The notes: a model not told the origin generated them from the sequence alone. A stretch of 64,000 bases of DNA from an uncultured Geobacter sp. (GCA_903902855.1 CAIUWK010000102.1:21496-85495), one strand, 5' to 3'. Shown: positions 19,142 to 29,774, counted from the stretch's first letter. Numbers and translations are program-made.

Positions 19142-20778
19142 CTGATTTTTCCTGACGCCCAGACGGCGAGCTTTTCCCTAAAGATTTTCGCGTTATGCCG
19201 AATGTCCACGGGAAAGGCAGGATGAAAGAGGATATCCCTGATTTCCCGGGTATGGGGATAGCCGCTCCCCAGTTCCAGCAGCTCCTGACGAACCCGCTCC
19301 TGCTCTGACTTCCCCTTCCCCGCTTCCAACTCCACGCAGAGCACAGGGTGCTGTGCCCCTTTTTCCCCAATGCCGACCAGGGCGGTGCGAAGGACCTCCG
19401 GATGTGTATTAAAGACCCCTTCCACCGGAATGGTGTAGAAGGTTTCCCTGTCGGTCTCAACCCGATGGGACTTTCGGCCGCAGAACCAGACTCTGCCGCT
19501 CTTGTCCTTATACCCCACATCCCCCATCCGGTGCCAGACTCCACCGTCAGGGTCGGGAATCTTGGCCACCCGGGTCGCCTCAGGACGGTTCAGGTAGGCG
19601 TGACTCACCTGCGGTCCCAGCACAACAATCTCCCCCACCTCAAAAGGGGGGAGGTCCAGCCCGTCATCCCACAGGTCGATGGGATCGTCGCTGACAGGGA
19701 TGATCGCCAACCAGATCCCCTCAACCGGCATCCCGACACAGACCCCCAGCCCCTTGTCGGTCATTCGTCCGGTTTCAGCAAGTATCTCGTTGCTGCCGAT
19801 GGAGCAGACAGGGAGGGCCTCGGTGGCACCGTAGGGGGTGAAGATCTCCGCATCATCGGGGAGGAGTGCCGCGAAACGCTCCAGCACCGAGGCCGGAACC
19901 GGCGCTCCCGCCGAGATGACCCGCTTGAGATGGGGGAGAGTGGTTCCCTTGGCGGCGCCCTGGCGACCGATCTTGTTCAGCAGGGCCGGAGAGCCGAACA
20001 TGGTGGTGGCGCAGTATTCGGCGGCAGGCCCCAGAATCCGGGAAGGATCCACCGATCCCGGGCGGGTAAAATCCATCTCCGGGATCAGGGCGGTCATCCC
20101 CAAGGCCGGAGCAAAGAGGGCGAAGAGAGGAAATGTAGGAAGATCAATCTCCCCAGGCCGGATGTCGTACAGCTCACGCAGAGCATTCACTTGGGCCGCA
20201 AAGGTGCCGTGGGTATAGATCGCCCCCTTGGGGGGACCGGTACTCCCGCTGGTGAAGAGTATGGCTGCCGTGTCGTCCCGTAGCGTGTCAACCGGCGCAA
20301 AGGATGGATCACTCTTTTTGGCTTTACGGATTTCAGAGAGCGGAACCCCTCCCCAGATCCGTCCCCCCCCCACTGTTACCAGGATGCGGACACTCTTACG
20401 CCCCCACCCCAGGAGTCGCCGGGCCAGATGGGCCTTGGGGATGCCGATGAATGCCTCCGGTTCGGCCTCGGCCAGACATCCCTTCATGTTCTTTGCCCCG
20501 ATCCCCGGATCGATGAAGACCGGCACGGCGCCGGCCTTGAACAGGGCAAAGGTGACGCTGAAGAGCTCCGGTGACGGAGGAACCAGGAGCGCCACCCGCA
20601 TGCCGCGACAGATACCGATACGGCCGAAACCTTGAGCTATCCGGTCGCTTTCCTCATCCAGTTCGTGAAAAGTCAGGCTGCGTTTTTCCTGGGGAAAGAT
20701 GATGGCGGGCGTATCCGGCTGGAGCCGGGCCATCTCGGTCAGGGGAAGGGAGATATTGACGATGTGGGAGTGGGGCAT
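19138..20778 (-). CDS. oleC: OleC, olefin beta-lactone synthetase (AMP-dependent ligase)
   Basis: 'FTSGSTGPPKG','TPYGATEALPV','WHRMGDVGY','WFCGRKSHRV','FPVDIRHNAKIFRE'. Confidence 0.92.
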   Translation of the reverse strand: MPHSHIVNISLPLTEMARLQPDTPAIIFPQEKRSLTFHELDEESDRIAQGFGRIGICRGMRVALLVPPSPELFSVTFALFKAGAVPVFIDPGIGAKNMKGCLAEAEPEAFIGIPKAHLARRLLGWGRKSVRILVTVGGGRIWGGVPLSEIRKAKKSDPSFAPVDTLRDDTAAILFTSGSTGPPKGAIYTHGTFAAQVNALRELYDIRPGEIDLPTFPLFALFAPALGMTALIPEMDFTRPGSVDPSRILGPAAEYCATTMFGSPALLNKIGRQGAAKGTTLPHLKRVISAGAPVPASVLERFAALLPDDAEIFTPYGATEALPVCSIGSNEILAETGRMTDKGLGVCVGMPVEGIWLAIIPVSDDPIDLWDDGLDLPPFEVGEIVVLGPQVSHAYLNRPEATRVAKIPDPDGGVWHRMGDVGYKDKSGRVWFCGRKSHRVETDRETFYTIPVEGVFNTHPEVLRTALVGIGEKGAQHPVLCVELEAGKGKSEQERVRQELLELGSGYPHTREIRDILFHPAFPVDIRHNAKIFREKLAVWASGKIR

Positions 20779-20884
20779 GGCGAATCCAGGGGAATGAAGT
20801 TGATCATAAGTGAATTCAACGGGTTTAGACTGCGGAACTCAAGGATACAGCTTGGGGTGAGGGACGAACCCCAACGGGCACTAT

Positions 20885-21775
20885 TCACTCTTCAGTCCTC
20901 TCCAGAAATGCCGAGATCAACGGAAGCACCTCATCCCTGGCATCCTCAAGGATGTAGTGCCCGCAATCGGGGAACCGGTGAATTTCGGCTTCGGGAAAGC
21001 GCTTTTCCCATTGGGTCAAAAAATGGCGATCAAAAACAAAATCCAGCTCCCCCCAGCAGATGAGGATGGGGAGTTTTTTGAACCGATCGATGCCGTCGGC
21101 GATGGAGGTGACCAGATCATAACCGCGGTCACCCGGCTCCAGCGGGATATCCTGCACGAAACGCAAGGTGGCGATACGGTTCTGCCAGGAATCATAGGGG
21201 AGCTGATAGAGATGGCGCAGCTCCCCGCTCATGGGGTTACGCTTGCACCCCACGTACGAGGCAGCCAGACTGAAGGCGTTGAAACCGCGCACCAGGAGCG
21301 AACCGATAAAGGTATCCCGGCAGATCTTCAATGCCAGGGGAAACTGCTTGACTTTGGGAAGGTGGAACGCGCCGGTATTGAGCATCACCAGCCGCCTGAT
21401 CCGCTCCGGGTACCGCACAGCATAGGCCATGCCGATCATCCCCCCCCAGTCATGCAGCACCAGGGTGATCTTCTCCCGAATTTCCAGATGCTCCAGCAAC
21501 TGCTCCAGGTCGTCCACCCGGCGGGAAAGGGTGTAGTCGTACCGGTCATCCCCCGGCTTATCCGACAACCCGCACCCAATGTGGTCGGGGACGATGCAGC
21601 GGTAACGGTCGCGCAGGGCCAGGACGAGATTGCGATAGTAGAAGGACCAGGATGGATTGCCATGCACCATCACCACCGGCAACCCTTCACCTTCGTCCAG
21701 GAAGTGGTAGTTAAGACCACCAAGATCCAGGCTCTTGCCCGTAAAGGGATACTCTCTTTTCAGGTCAGATGACAT
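20885..21775 (-). CDS. oleB: OleB, beta-lactone decarboxylase (haloalkane dehalogenase-like hydrolase)
   Basis: 'HGNPSWSFYYR','PDHIGCGLSDKP','HDWGG','FVQDIPL','GHYILED'; lies between oleA and oleC. Confidence 0.9.
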   Translation of the reverse strand: MSSDLKREYPFTGKSLDLGGLNYHFLDEGEGLPVVMVHGNPSWSFYYRNLVLALRDRYRCIVPDHIGCGLSDKPGDDRYDYTLSRRVDDLEQLLEHLEIREKITLVLHDWGGMIGMAYAVRYPERIRRLVMLNTGAFHLPKVKQFPLALKICRDTFIGSLLVRGFNAFSLAASYVGCKRNPMSGELRHLYQLPYDSWQNRIATLRFVQDIPLEPGDRGYDLVTSIADGIDRFKKLPILICWGELDFVFDRHFLTQWEKRFPEAEIHRFPDCGHYILEDARDEVLPLISAFLERTEE

Positions 21776-22819
21776 CTACCACTCCACTCCCAGCATGGTG
21801 CAGTTGAGCCCGCTCCCGATCCCCAGCAGCGCGACCCGGTCGCCGGGGAGAAGAACTTCCCGCTCATCCGCCAGGGCCATGGTGAGGGGGAGGGAGACGG
21901 TCCCCATGTTCCCCAGGAATTCGTAGGTGGTGAAATCCTTTTCCGGAGAGATCCCCAGAGCAGTGAGAATGGCCCCCTGGTGGGCCGAACCCACCTGATG
22001 GCAGATCACCCGATCCACCTGGTCGGCGCGCCACCCCACCTCCGGCAAAAAATTTTCCCAGGTACGCCGCCCCAGTTCGACCCCGTAGGTCATCACCTTC
22101 ACCGCATCGGTGCGCATGGACTGGACAACCCCGCCGGACCCATCGGGGACAACCCCCCAGAGGCAGAGATCGTGATGTTCGGGAGCCGCCAGATTTGCCC
22201 CCCCCAGGAGACGATGCCCGCGAGAAGAGCCGAAGGAACCGTCGGTGAGGAGGACCGCCACGGCCCCGGAACCGCCGGTGAGGGTTGCCAGGGAAGACGC
22301 GAACTGTTCCATATCCCGCCGGGCCAGCATCCGGGCTATGGTGATTTCGTTGATCTCCCGGGCGCTCTCGCAGGAGACGACCAGACCGGCCCGGATCTGC
22401 CCCAGTTCGATCCGGTTGGCCACGTCCAGGATACCGTTGAGTACCCCCAGACAGGCATTGGAAATGTCGTAGATCGCCGTATTCCCCCTGATCCCCAGCC
22501 CTGCGGCAACGCGGCAGGCGGTGGCAGGCTCGAACTGCTCCCGACAGACCCCGGTGTAGGTGAGGACGCCGATCTCCTGGGGGGAGATGCCGGCGGCAGC
22601 CAGAGCCTTCTCCCCGGCGGCGATGGCCCCCCGGGAGAGGGGATAGCCCGGCTCCCACCAGCGCCGCTCCCGGATACCGGTCAATGCCTGCACCTGTCCC
22701 GGCGCCACATGAAGCGCCCGGTAGAGAGGCTCCAGACGGGCCTCCAGTTCGGAGGTACTGACCACCACCGGAGCCAGTTCGTAGCCAAGGGCCGCGATCT
22801 GAACATTGCGATATTTCAT
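21776..22819 (-). CDS. oleA: OleA, head-to-head condensing enzyme (FabH/thiolase fold)
   Basis: 'TGIRERRWW','EPATA','DISNACLG','TLTGGSGA','CHQV','GNMGTVSLP','LGIGSGLNC'. Confidence 0.92.
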   Translation of the reverse strand: MKYRNVQIAALGYELAPVVVSTSELEARLEPLYRALHVAPGQVQALTGIRERRWWEPGYPLSRGAIAAGEKALAAAGISPQEIGVLTYTGVCREQFEPATACRVAAGLGIRGNTAIYDISNACLGVLNGILDVANRIELGQIRAGLVVSCESAREINEITIARMLARRDMEQFASSLATLTGGSGAVAVLLTDGSFGSSRGHRLLGGANLAAPEHHDLCLWGVVPDGSGGVVQSMRTDAVKVMTYGVELGRRTWENFLPEVGWRADQVDRVICHQVGSAHQGAILTALGISPEKDFTTYEFLGNMGTVSLPLTMALADEREVLLPGDRVALLGIGSGLNCTMLGVEW

Positions 22820-22821
22820 CG

Positions 22822-25800
22822 TTATCCCTCTATCTTCAGGGTGAAATCGTTCATCTGGTAGATTAGTTTCCCGTCCACGGAGAGGAAGCCGTCGACGGTG
22901 AGGATGCGATTTTGGTCATCAACGGCGGTAATCCAGGCATCCACCGTGACGCGACGGTTGGTGGGGACGATCTGCCCCCGATAGAGCCAGCGGTGTGGCC
23001 GCTCCGGAACCGCGGCAACGAGAAATTCACCCTCGCGCCACCCCCACCGCTCCACGGCGGCAAACTTGAGGAGTTGGAGAAACGATTCCAACCCCAGGGA
23101 ACCGGGGGTCACCGGGTCCTGGTAGAAATGTGCCTTGAAGAACCACTCGTCCGGATCCACCTCTTTGATCCCCCTGATAAAGCCCAACCCCACAGGGCCA
23201 CCATCGGGGATGAACAGCTCCACCCGGTCGATCATCCGGAGTTGCCGGTCAGGAAAAGGTGCCGCCATCGGGTAGGGGAGGCTGCGACTCCGCTCGATCT
23301 CAGCCTGGGTAGGGTGATACGGTTTTGCCTCCCGAATCCCCACCTGGTTGGCCAGCGCCTCGGGGGAGAAGAAGCCGAACATGGTTTCCCCTTCGTAGAG
23401 CACGCCATCACTGTCGGCCACACTGAAGTCGAACTCCTGGATGATCATCCCGCCACTGGTGGCCGCCTTTGTCAGGGTGGCGGTGGCGGTCAGAACCCCG
23501 CTCTCCGGGGTCACCGGGCGGTGCTGGACGGCGGTTCCCCCCAGATTGCGGAAAGAGAGATCCGTGGGGGTTGTAAGGGCCGATCCCACATAGGCGGCCA
23601 GCCAGCCGCAGGGCTGGAGTGCCACCTCCAGGAGGATCGCAAAAGGCATAATGGGTTGCCGATCGGCGGCAAAGTACCAGACGTCCGTGGGGACCATATA
23701 CTGTGCCTCGGCCAGGGCGCCGGCCTGCATCCGCCACGGCTCCCCCTTGATGGCGGTGACCCGGTCCATGAACTGGAAGGGGGGACCGGGAAGTCGGGCT
23801 ATCTTTCGGTCATGGTCGAACATCCGGTACGGTTGACCGAACCCCTCGGAGGGGTTGCCGTTACTGTAGGCCAGGATCTGTTCCTTGGTGTAAATCGCCG
23901 GTTTGAGTCCGACTTCCGACTCCCCGGGTTCAGAAGAGGGAGAGGAAAGGAGATTTCTCCCCCCATGCCAGAGCGTAACCAGAGACTCCTTCGTGCTCCC
24001 GGTGAGACGGACCGACATGTCGGTGATCTCCACGATGGGCTTCCCGTCGGCATACATGAGAGCGTCCACCACGGCAAAGGGTTCCGGCCGGTACCCCAGC
24101 TCACGGATGGTGACTTCATAGGTCACCACCTTTGTGGATTCCAGAACCTGCCCCCGGCAGCAGAGCCGGCTTGCCACCCCCGGCACCGGTTCCCAGGCTG
24201 CGCCACCGGACTCCGCCACCCACCCCATCCGGAGCAGGAAGATCCGGAGGGTATGAAGGCAACACTCGTACATGAGGGTGCCGGGCATGACCCGGTCATC
24301 CACGAAGTGACAGGTGATAAACCAGTCATCCGGGTGGATGTCCGCCTCGGCCCGGATGAGCCCCAGACCGTACCGCCCGCCATGGGGGTTCAGCTCCATG
24401 ACCCGGTGAACCAGCCGCATCCTCCCCCCAGGAATGGTGAGCGGACGCGCCAAGGGAAGCCCGCTAAAGGAGTCGCCGAAACAGCCTGCCAGATCCCCGT
24501 CACGCAACCGGTCCACCTGCCGAGCATCGTACGCTTCCCGTCCCATGGGGACCAGCGCTTCCCAGTCGTCCGGGATGGTGCCTGTCTCGGGGCGGAGTTC
24601 CAGAAGCGGTCGAACGATCCCCTTCCCTGCTGCCAACTCCCCGGTGGTGAAGAATCCGGCACAACCGTCCCTCATGGAAAGAAGCGGCTCTCCGTTCACC
24701 GTGGCTTCGAAGAAGAAGCGGAAGAGATGGGTCTCCCCCTGGCGAAAAAACCGTTGGATACGGATGTCGTAGCTGATGGTCTCCCCCGGTGCGGGCAGCC
24801 CCCGGTGGAAGGTGACGACGGCGTCCAGAAGCCGGTAAACCGCCTCCCCTCTGGTGATGAAGTCGATCCCCAGATAACCGGAGAGGAAGAGGTCGGCCTG
24901 ACCCGCCTCCACGGCGATGCAGGTTGGGATCCGCCCACCATCCAAGTACCAGCCATCCCGCAGCACGTCATGCTCCGTCACCACCCGACCGCTGGACATG
25001 GAGCAAGCCTCCCCCTCCAGGGTCACGATCCGGTCCACCAGCATGAGCGGTTCATCGGGAAGCCGTACCCGGGTGGGAAAAGTGTCGGCCTCGGCAAAGG
25101 TCGGCCCCAGCATCCTGGCCACGGAACCGCGGGCGAATTCCAGACACATCTCCCGATCAAAGACGCAGCTCCCTCCCCCTTGACGGGGGAGGGTTGGGGA
25201 GGAGGTGAGGTCGGCAGGAGCAAAAATGTCGGAAGATCCTCCCAGCGCAGCCACCAGAGACGCCTGTAGTGCCAACCCCTCCGCCATGGCAAGAGTAAGG
25301 CTCTTCGCCACATCCAGATAGGCTTCATGAGCCTTAACCTGCGCTCCCTGAGCAGCCGCAAAGCCACGAATGATGGCATCCAGAGAAGAGTCGGAATCGC
25401 CGGTGACATCAGCTCTACTCAGCACCCGGGCTCTTCCTTGAGCTACGACAGCTGTTCCCTGAACAGAGGCCAAGGGAGGGGGCATCGGTGAACAAGCCCT
25501 GCGCTGCGGCAGAGAGGGGAGGACAAATGACGCCCCGCCGGGAGTCACCCGGATCAGCTGTTTCGAGGAGGCAACCGTCACCGGCACAGGAGCGTAGAGA
25601 GACGAGAGATCCAGGGGAACCCGCTCGCTTGCCAGGTGAGCCAGCAGCCGGACAAGAGCCGATACCGGTTCCTGACCGGCAGAAAGCACCGGTCGGGCAA
25701 GGTGGGGGCGTCCCGCCAGAATCCGGTCGATCATCCGGCTGCAGGAACTCCCCGGCCCCATCTCCAGGAAAAGGCGGATACCGTCATTGTAGGCGGCATC

Positions 25801-28800
25801 AATGGTGGCAGGGTAATCGATCCCCTCAATCGCCTGGGCCAGGATGGCGTCGGCTGCCAGTTCCCGATCCGGCAGGTAGGAGCGGTGCCAGGCGCCGCTG
25901 TAATAGCTGATCCCCTCAGGGGGGGTGGTGGGAAAAAGGTGCAGTGACCGGTACGGTTCGGCGACCCCTTGAGCCACCTCGCAGTGGACCGTGGTGACCC
26001 CGGCAAGGGGGAAGAACCGGCACGCCAGGGAGGCGACCAGACGGCCGACAGCGGCGGCGTCCCCTCCCACCACGCACTCCTCCGGAGTATTGACGATGAG
26101 AAGATAGACCCGGGGGAAGAGATGCAGTGTCTCCCGGACCCGGTGCGCGGAAAGATCCACCACACCGATGCTCCAGGTTACCTCTTCCCCTTCCGGGAGT
26201 CCCCAGGCTTGACGGGCGGCCCGGCACTCCCCGGCCAGATCAAGGGTGAAGAGGGTGGAGTCCTCCATCCGCTCCCGCATCCCGTCCCGATCCTGCCAGG
26301 CGCGCAGGGCAAAGAGCCCGGCCGACTCACCCAGACTGTACCCGATGACCGCCTGGGGGGTTACGCCAAAGCTCCGGATCAGATCACCGGCAGCGCAGCC
26401 GACAGCAACCTGGCCGAATATCACGGCCCGGGCATCAGCATCCAGCTCCGCCTGGGGTGCGCCGTTCCAGAAGAGCTCCGGTTGGAACTGCCCCCGGAGA
26501 AAGCGGTTTTCCCCATCCTGTTGTCGGCAGATCTCCGGCCAGCGGGCGGAAAGTTCCGCCCCCATTCCGGGATAGTGATTACCGGAACCGGGAAAGATAA
26601 AGGCGATCCTCCCCCGGCTCCCCAAGGGAGTAGTCGTGTAGAAGAGCCGGTCGCGGAGTGCCGGGTGTGACGTCGGCACCTCCCCGGCAACAAGTGCCTT
26701 TTCTCCCAGATCCAGGAGCGTAACCAGCTCTTCAGAATTCCGGGCAACCAGGGAAAGCGCCAGCGCTGCCGCCGGTTCTCCCTGACTCCTCTCATGCCGG
26801 AGTCGGGCAAGTCGTCCCAGGTCGCTCTCTCTTCCCAGTTCCCGCCGAAGAGAGGAAAGCTCCAGCGACAGCTCCTCCGGGGATTCTCCGGTGAGGATAA
26901 AAAGCGACTCTCCCACCGGACCCAGTGGCGCACGACGCTCCTCCCGGTTCCGGGGATGGTCGTGGTCCCATCCCTCCAGGACCAGATGGCCATAGCTTCC
27001 GTCAACACCGACGACACTTACCCCGGCCCGGCGAGGGCCATCGGCCCGGTTCCGGAGCCAGTAACGGGGGGTGGCGGGGAGAAAGAGCGGACCGCTGCCG
27101 GAAAGCTGGGGAAGAGGGGTTGCGGCGCCACGGCAGGGGGGGATGAGCTCCTGATAGAGCGCCAGACACCCCCGGACCAGTGAAGCGAGTCCCGAGGCGG
27201 CGCCGGCATGTCCGATCTCCCCCGCCAGGGCGGAGACGGCGCAGGAGCGATGCTGTCGCTCTTCCGTAGCAAAGAAGGAGGCGAGGGCCGCCGCCTCCAT
27301 CCGGTCCGATGCCGGGTGGCCGGAGGCGTTTGCCTCTATATAATCGACAGTCCGGGGAGAAACCCCAGCTTCGGCATAGGCGCGCCCCAGGGCAACGCCA
27401 TAGGCGGTCTCATCCGGAGTAACCGTCTCACCGGCGGCAAGGCCGATCCCCCTGATGACCGCATAGATCCGGTCCCCGTCACGCTGAGCGTCGGAGAGCC
27501 GCTTGAGGACCACCGCTGCGGCCCCTTCGCCAACGATGCTCCCGTCGGCTCCGGTGGAGAAGGGGTGGGCCGTCCCGCCGGGCGAAGACGGCCGAACAGC
27601 ATGGTTGCCAAGGGTCGCCCGGAGGTCGCCGGCCAGCTCCACTCCCCCCACCAGTGCCCGGTCGATCTCCCCCTTCCGGAGCAGGCGGACCGCCGTTGCC
27701 AGGGAACTGATGCCGGAACTCTCCTCGCTGGAGAGGGTAAAGCTGGGCCCACCCACCTTGAACTCCCGGGCGATCCGGCTGGCCACGACACTCCCCAGCG
27801 CCCCCATGGTCCGGTTGGCGGTGAGGGGGGGGCCGGCGGCATCACGAAGCCGGGCACTCCAGGCAGCCAGCTCCTCGGGGGTCAGGTCAAGGCCGAGCTC
27901 GGCGGCCCAGGCGTTCAGGTCCCTCCCCAGGGACCAGCGGTGACTGAAGTTCGTGCTGTTGAGATCCAGGGCGATGCCGATGAAGAGACCGGTCCGCAGG
28001 TTTCCCTCCCGCCCCACTCCGGCATCGGCCATGGCACCGGCCGCCGTCTGGAGCATGAGGAGCTGCTGGGGGAGCATCTCTTCCAGCTCCTTGGGGGGGA
28101 TCCGGAACTGCTCCGTTGCCAGGGGCACCTCGTCCAGATAGAAACCGGCAAAGGGAGTCTTGTCCAAACCATTTTCCCGGAACCAGCTGCTCTCCTGCGC
28201 CCCCCACCATCGCCGGGGAGACGTGGGGAGTTCATCGTTTCCTCCCCCCAGCACCCGCTCCTGAAAGGCCCGCAGCGACTGCCAGGGGCCGAAGCGGACG
28301 TCCATACCGACCACGGCAATGGATTCATTCGGGGCTCCGGTTTCGCTCAACCACCGGGCCGTCGCTTCCGACTCTTGAGTACGAACCCTGAGTGCATACC
28401 CTGAACTCGTTCCCTGAGCGGAGTCGAAGGGCCACTCCTCCACCAGGAGATGGGCGTTGATACCGCCGAAACCGAAGGCGCTGATACCGGCCCGCCGCGG
28501 AATCCCGTCCTCCCGCCGCGGCCAGGGTTCGGATGAGGTGAGTACCCGAAAAGGGCTCTGCTCCAGGGCCATCCCCGGTTGCGCCTTGGTGAAACCGGCT
28601 GTGGGGGGGAGGGTCTCCGCCCTCATGGCCAGGAGCACCTTGGTGAGGGCCGCGGCGCCGGCGGCGGTGAGGAGATGGCCGATGTTGGACTTCACCGAAC
28701 CGATGACACACCGCTTCCCCGTAGAAGAATGTTCGCCCCAGAGCTCCTTCAGGCTGGCCACCTCCACGGCGTCCCCCACCGGGGTCCCCGTGGCGTGGCA

Positions 28801-29772
28801 CTCCATGAGCTCCACATCGCCGGGAACCCAGCCGGCCTGTTCGTAGGCAGCGCGCATGGCACGGAGCTGCCCTTCGGAGAGGGGGGCCAGGAGGCTCCCC
28901 CCCACATCGTTGGCCAGACCGATCCCCCGGATGATCCCGTAGATCCGGTCCCCCTGGGCCACGGCGTCTTCCGTACGCTTGAGGAGGAATATTCCTCCCC
29001 CCTCCCCCACCACCAGACCATCGCCGGCGGCATCGAAGGGGGAGCAGATCCCCCGCTTGGAGAGGGCGCGGAGCTGGGAAAAACCCATCTGAGTGTAGAG
29101 TGGGTCGGGTCGGGAGAGACCGCCGGAGAGCATGGCGTCGGCCCGGCCGGAGAGGAGCTCATCCACGGCCAGCTTGATGGCATAGAGGGAGGAGGCGCAG
29201 GCGGCATCCAGGGTGAAGGAGCCGCCACCCAGACCAAGCGCCTGGGCCAGGATACCGGCGGGAAGGCCGGCCACGTAGCGGTTGAGGGGGTTTGTGGCGC
29301 CGTAGTCAACGGAATGACCCAAGAGCTTTTCGGCAAAACTCCTTCCCAGGGTTTGTCGGGTCAAAAGCGCCGAGGTCTCGCTGGGGAGAGCCAGATTGCC
29401 GATGATCACGCCGATGCGGGAGCGGTCCAGCGTAGCGGTGACGCCGTCATCAAAGGCCCGTTTCCCGCAATGAACCAGCAGCTGAAAGAGCGGGTCCAGC
29501 CCGGCCAGGAGGGTCGGCTCCAGGGCCACCCCCGAGAGGTCGGAGAGGGGGGGAAGGGTGTCAATGAAGCAGCCGCTGCGGGAGTAGAGATGGTCCACCG
29601 CACCGACCTGGGGGGAATAGACGACCTCCGGCGGGACGGACCAGCGCCCCTCCGGAACCTCCCGGGCCGCGCTGCTGCCGGAGCGGATGTTTTCCCAGAA
29701 GCTCTCCAGGTCCGGGGCATCGGGAAAGATGCCGCCGATCCCCACCACCGCCACGGTTCCGGTATACGGCAT
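22822..29772 (-). CDS. pfaBC: PUFA-synthase subunit PfaBC (KS-CLF-AT-FabA-like DH domains)
   Basis: KS 'DAACASS/HATGT/GHLLTAAG'; second KS lacks the catalytic Cys ('SSEESSG'); AT 'GYSLG'; DH 'HFVDDRVMPG' and 'HFYQDPVTPG'. Confidence 0.92.
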   Translation of the reverse strand: MPYTGTVAVVGIGGIFPDAPDLESFWENIRSGSSAAREVPEGRWSVPPEVVYSPQVGAVDHLYSRSGCFIDTLPPLSDLSGVALEPTLLAGLDPLFQLLVHCGKRAFDDGVTATLDRSRIGVIIGNLALPSETSALLTRQTLGRSFAEKLLGHSVDYGATNPLNRYVAGLPAGILAQALGLGGGSFTLDAACASSLYAIKLAVDELLSGRADAMLSGGLSRPDPLYTQMGFSQLRALSKRGICSPFDAAGDGLVVGEGGGIFLLKRTEDAVAQGDRIYGIIRGIGLANDVGGSLLAPLSEGQLRAMRAAYEQAGWVPGDVELMECHATGTPVGDAVEVASLKELWGEHSSTGKRCVIGSVKSNIGHLLTAAGAAALTKVLLAMRAETLPPTAGFTKAQPGMALEQSPFRVLTSSEPWPRREDGIPRRAGISAFGFGGINAHLLVEEWPFDSAQGTSSGYALRVRTQESEATARWLSETGAPNESIAVVGMDVRFGPWQSLRAFQERVLGGGNDELPTSPRRWWGAQESSWFRENGLDKTPFAGFYLDEVPLATEQFRIPPKELEEMLPQQLLMLQTAAGAMADAGVGREGNLRTGLFIGIALDLNSTNFSHRWSLGRDLNAWAAELGLDLTPEELAAWSARLRDAAGPPLTANRTMGALGSVVASRIAREFKVGGPSFTLSSEESSGISSLATAVRLLRKGEIDRALVGGVELAGDLRATLGNHAVRPSSPGGTAHPFSTGADGSIVGEGAAAVVLKRLSDAQRDGDRIYAVIRGIGLAAGETVTPDETAYGVALGRAYAEAGVSPRTVDYIEANASGHPASDRMEAAALASFFATEERQHRSCAVSALAGEIGHAGAASGLASLVRGCLALYQELIPPCRGAATPLPQLSGSGPLFLPATPRYWLRNRADGPRRAGVSVVGVDGSYGHLVLEGWDHDHPRNREERRAPLGPVGESLFILTGESPEELSLELSSLRRELGRESDLGRLARLRHERSQGEPAAALALSLVARNSEELVTLLDLGEKALVAGEVPTSHPALRDRLFYTTTPLGSRGRIAFIFPGSGNHYPGMGAELSARWPEICRQQDGENRFLRGQFQPELFWNGAPQAELDADARAVIFGQVAVGCAAGDLIRSFGVTPQAVIGYSLGESAGLFALRAWQDRDGMRERMEDSTLFTLDLAGECRAARQAWGLPEGEEVTWSIGVVDLSAHRVRETLHLFPRVYLLIVNTPEECVVGGDAAAVGRLVASLACRFFPLAGVTTVHCEVAQGVAEPYRSLHLFPTTPPEGISYYSGAWHRSYLPDRELAADAILAQAIEGIDYPATIDAAYNDGIRLFLEMGPGSSCSRMIDRILAGRPHLARPVLSAGQEPVSALVRLLAHLASERVPLDLSSLYAPVPVTVASSKQLIRVTPGGASFVLPSLPQRRACSPMPPPLASVQGTAVVAQGRARVLSRADVTGDSDSSLDAIIRGFAAAQGAQVKAHEAYLDVAKSLTLAMAEGLALQASLVAALGGSSDIFAPADLTSSPTLPRQGGGSCVFDREMCLEFARGSVARMLGPTFAEADTFPTRVRLPDEPLMLVDRIVTLEGEACSMSSGRVVTEHDVLRDGWYLDGGRIPTCIAVEAGQADLFLSGYLGIDFITRGEAVYRLLDAVVTFHRGLPAPGETISYDIRIQRFFRQGETHLFRFFFEATVNGEPLLSMRDGCAGFFTTGELAAGKGIVRPLLELRPETGTIPDDWEALVPMGREAYDARQVDRLRDGDLAGCFGDSFSGLPLARPLTIPGGRMRLVHRVMELNPHGGRYGLGLIRAEADIHPDDWFITCHFVDDRVMPGTLMYECCLHTLRIFLLRMGWVAESGGAAWEPVPGVASRLCCRGQVLESTKVVTYEVTIRELGYRPEPFAVVDALMYADGKPIVEITDMSVRLTGSTKESLVTLWHGGRNLLSSPSSEPGESEVGLKPAIYTKEQILAYSNGNPSEGFGQPYRMFDHDRKIARLPGPPFQFMDRVTAIKGEPWRMQAGALAEAQYMVPTDVWYFAADRQPIMPFAILLEVALQPCGWLAAYVGSALTTPTDLSFRNLGGTAVQHRPVTPESGVLTATATLTKAATSGGMIIQEFDFSVADSDGVLYEGETMFGFFSPEALANQVGIREAKPYHPTQAEIERSRSLPYPMAAPFPDRQLRMIDRVELFIPDGGPVGLGFIRGIKEVDPDEWFFKAHFYQDPVTPGSLGLESFLQLLKFAAVERWGWREGEFLVAAVPERPHRWLYRGQIVPTNRRVTVDAWITAVDDQNRILTVDGFLSVDGKLIYQMNDFTLKIEG
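25171..25208. repeat. REP-like hairpin, family A, in frame in a PfaBC linker
   Basis: CCCTCCCCC-ttgac-GGGGGAGGG-ttggggagg; the same pattern recurs at 44501-44570. Confidence 0.65.
25407..25476. repeat. Degenerate REP-like palindrome, family B, in frame in a PfaBC linker
   Basis: GTTCCCTGAACAGAGGCCAAGGG resembles GTTCCCTGAGCGGAGTCGAAGGG at 28409; peptide PLASVQGT versus PFDSAQGT. Confidence 0.55.
28334..28431. repeat. REP-like palindrome, family B, in frame in the PfaBC KS-CLF linker
   Basis: Right arm CCCTGAGCGGAGTCGAAGGG, decayed left arm GCTCCGGTTTCGCTCAACC; right arm matches CCTGAGCTAAGTCGAAGG at 44525. Confidence 0.65.
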
Positions 29773-29774
29773 CC

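Noticed and set aside
20852-20874. Small hairpin TTGGGGT...ACCCCAA between oleB and oleC
   Set aside because: Short stem and no U tract; not supportable as a terminator.
22912-25269. 785-aa plus-strand ORF and many other long antisense ORFs
   Set aside because: Shadow ORFs opposite well-supported genes in GC-rich DNA, with no recognisable motifs.
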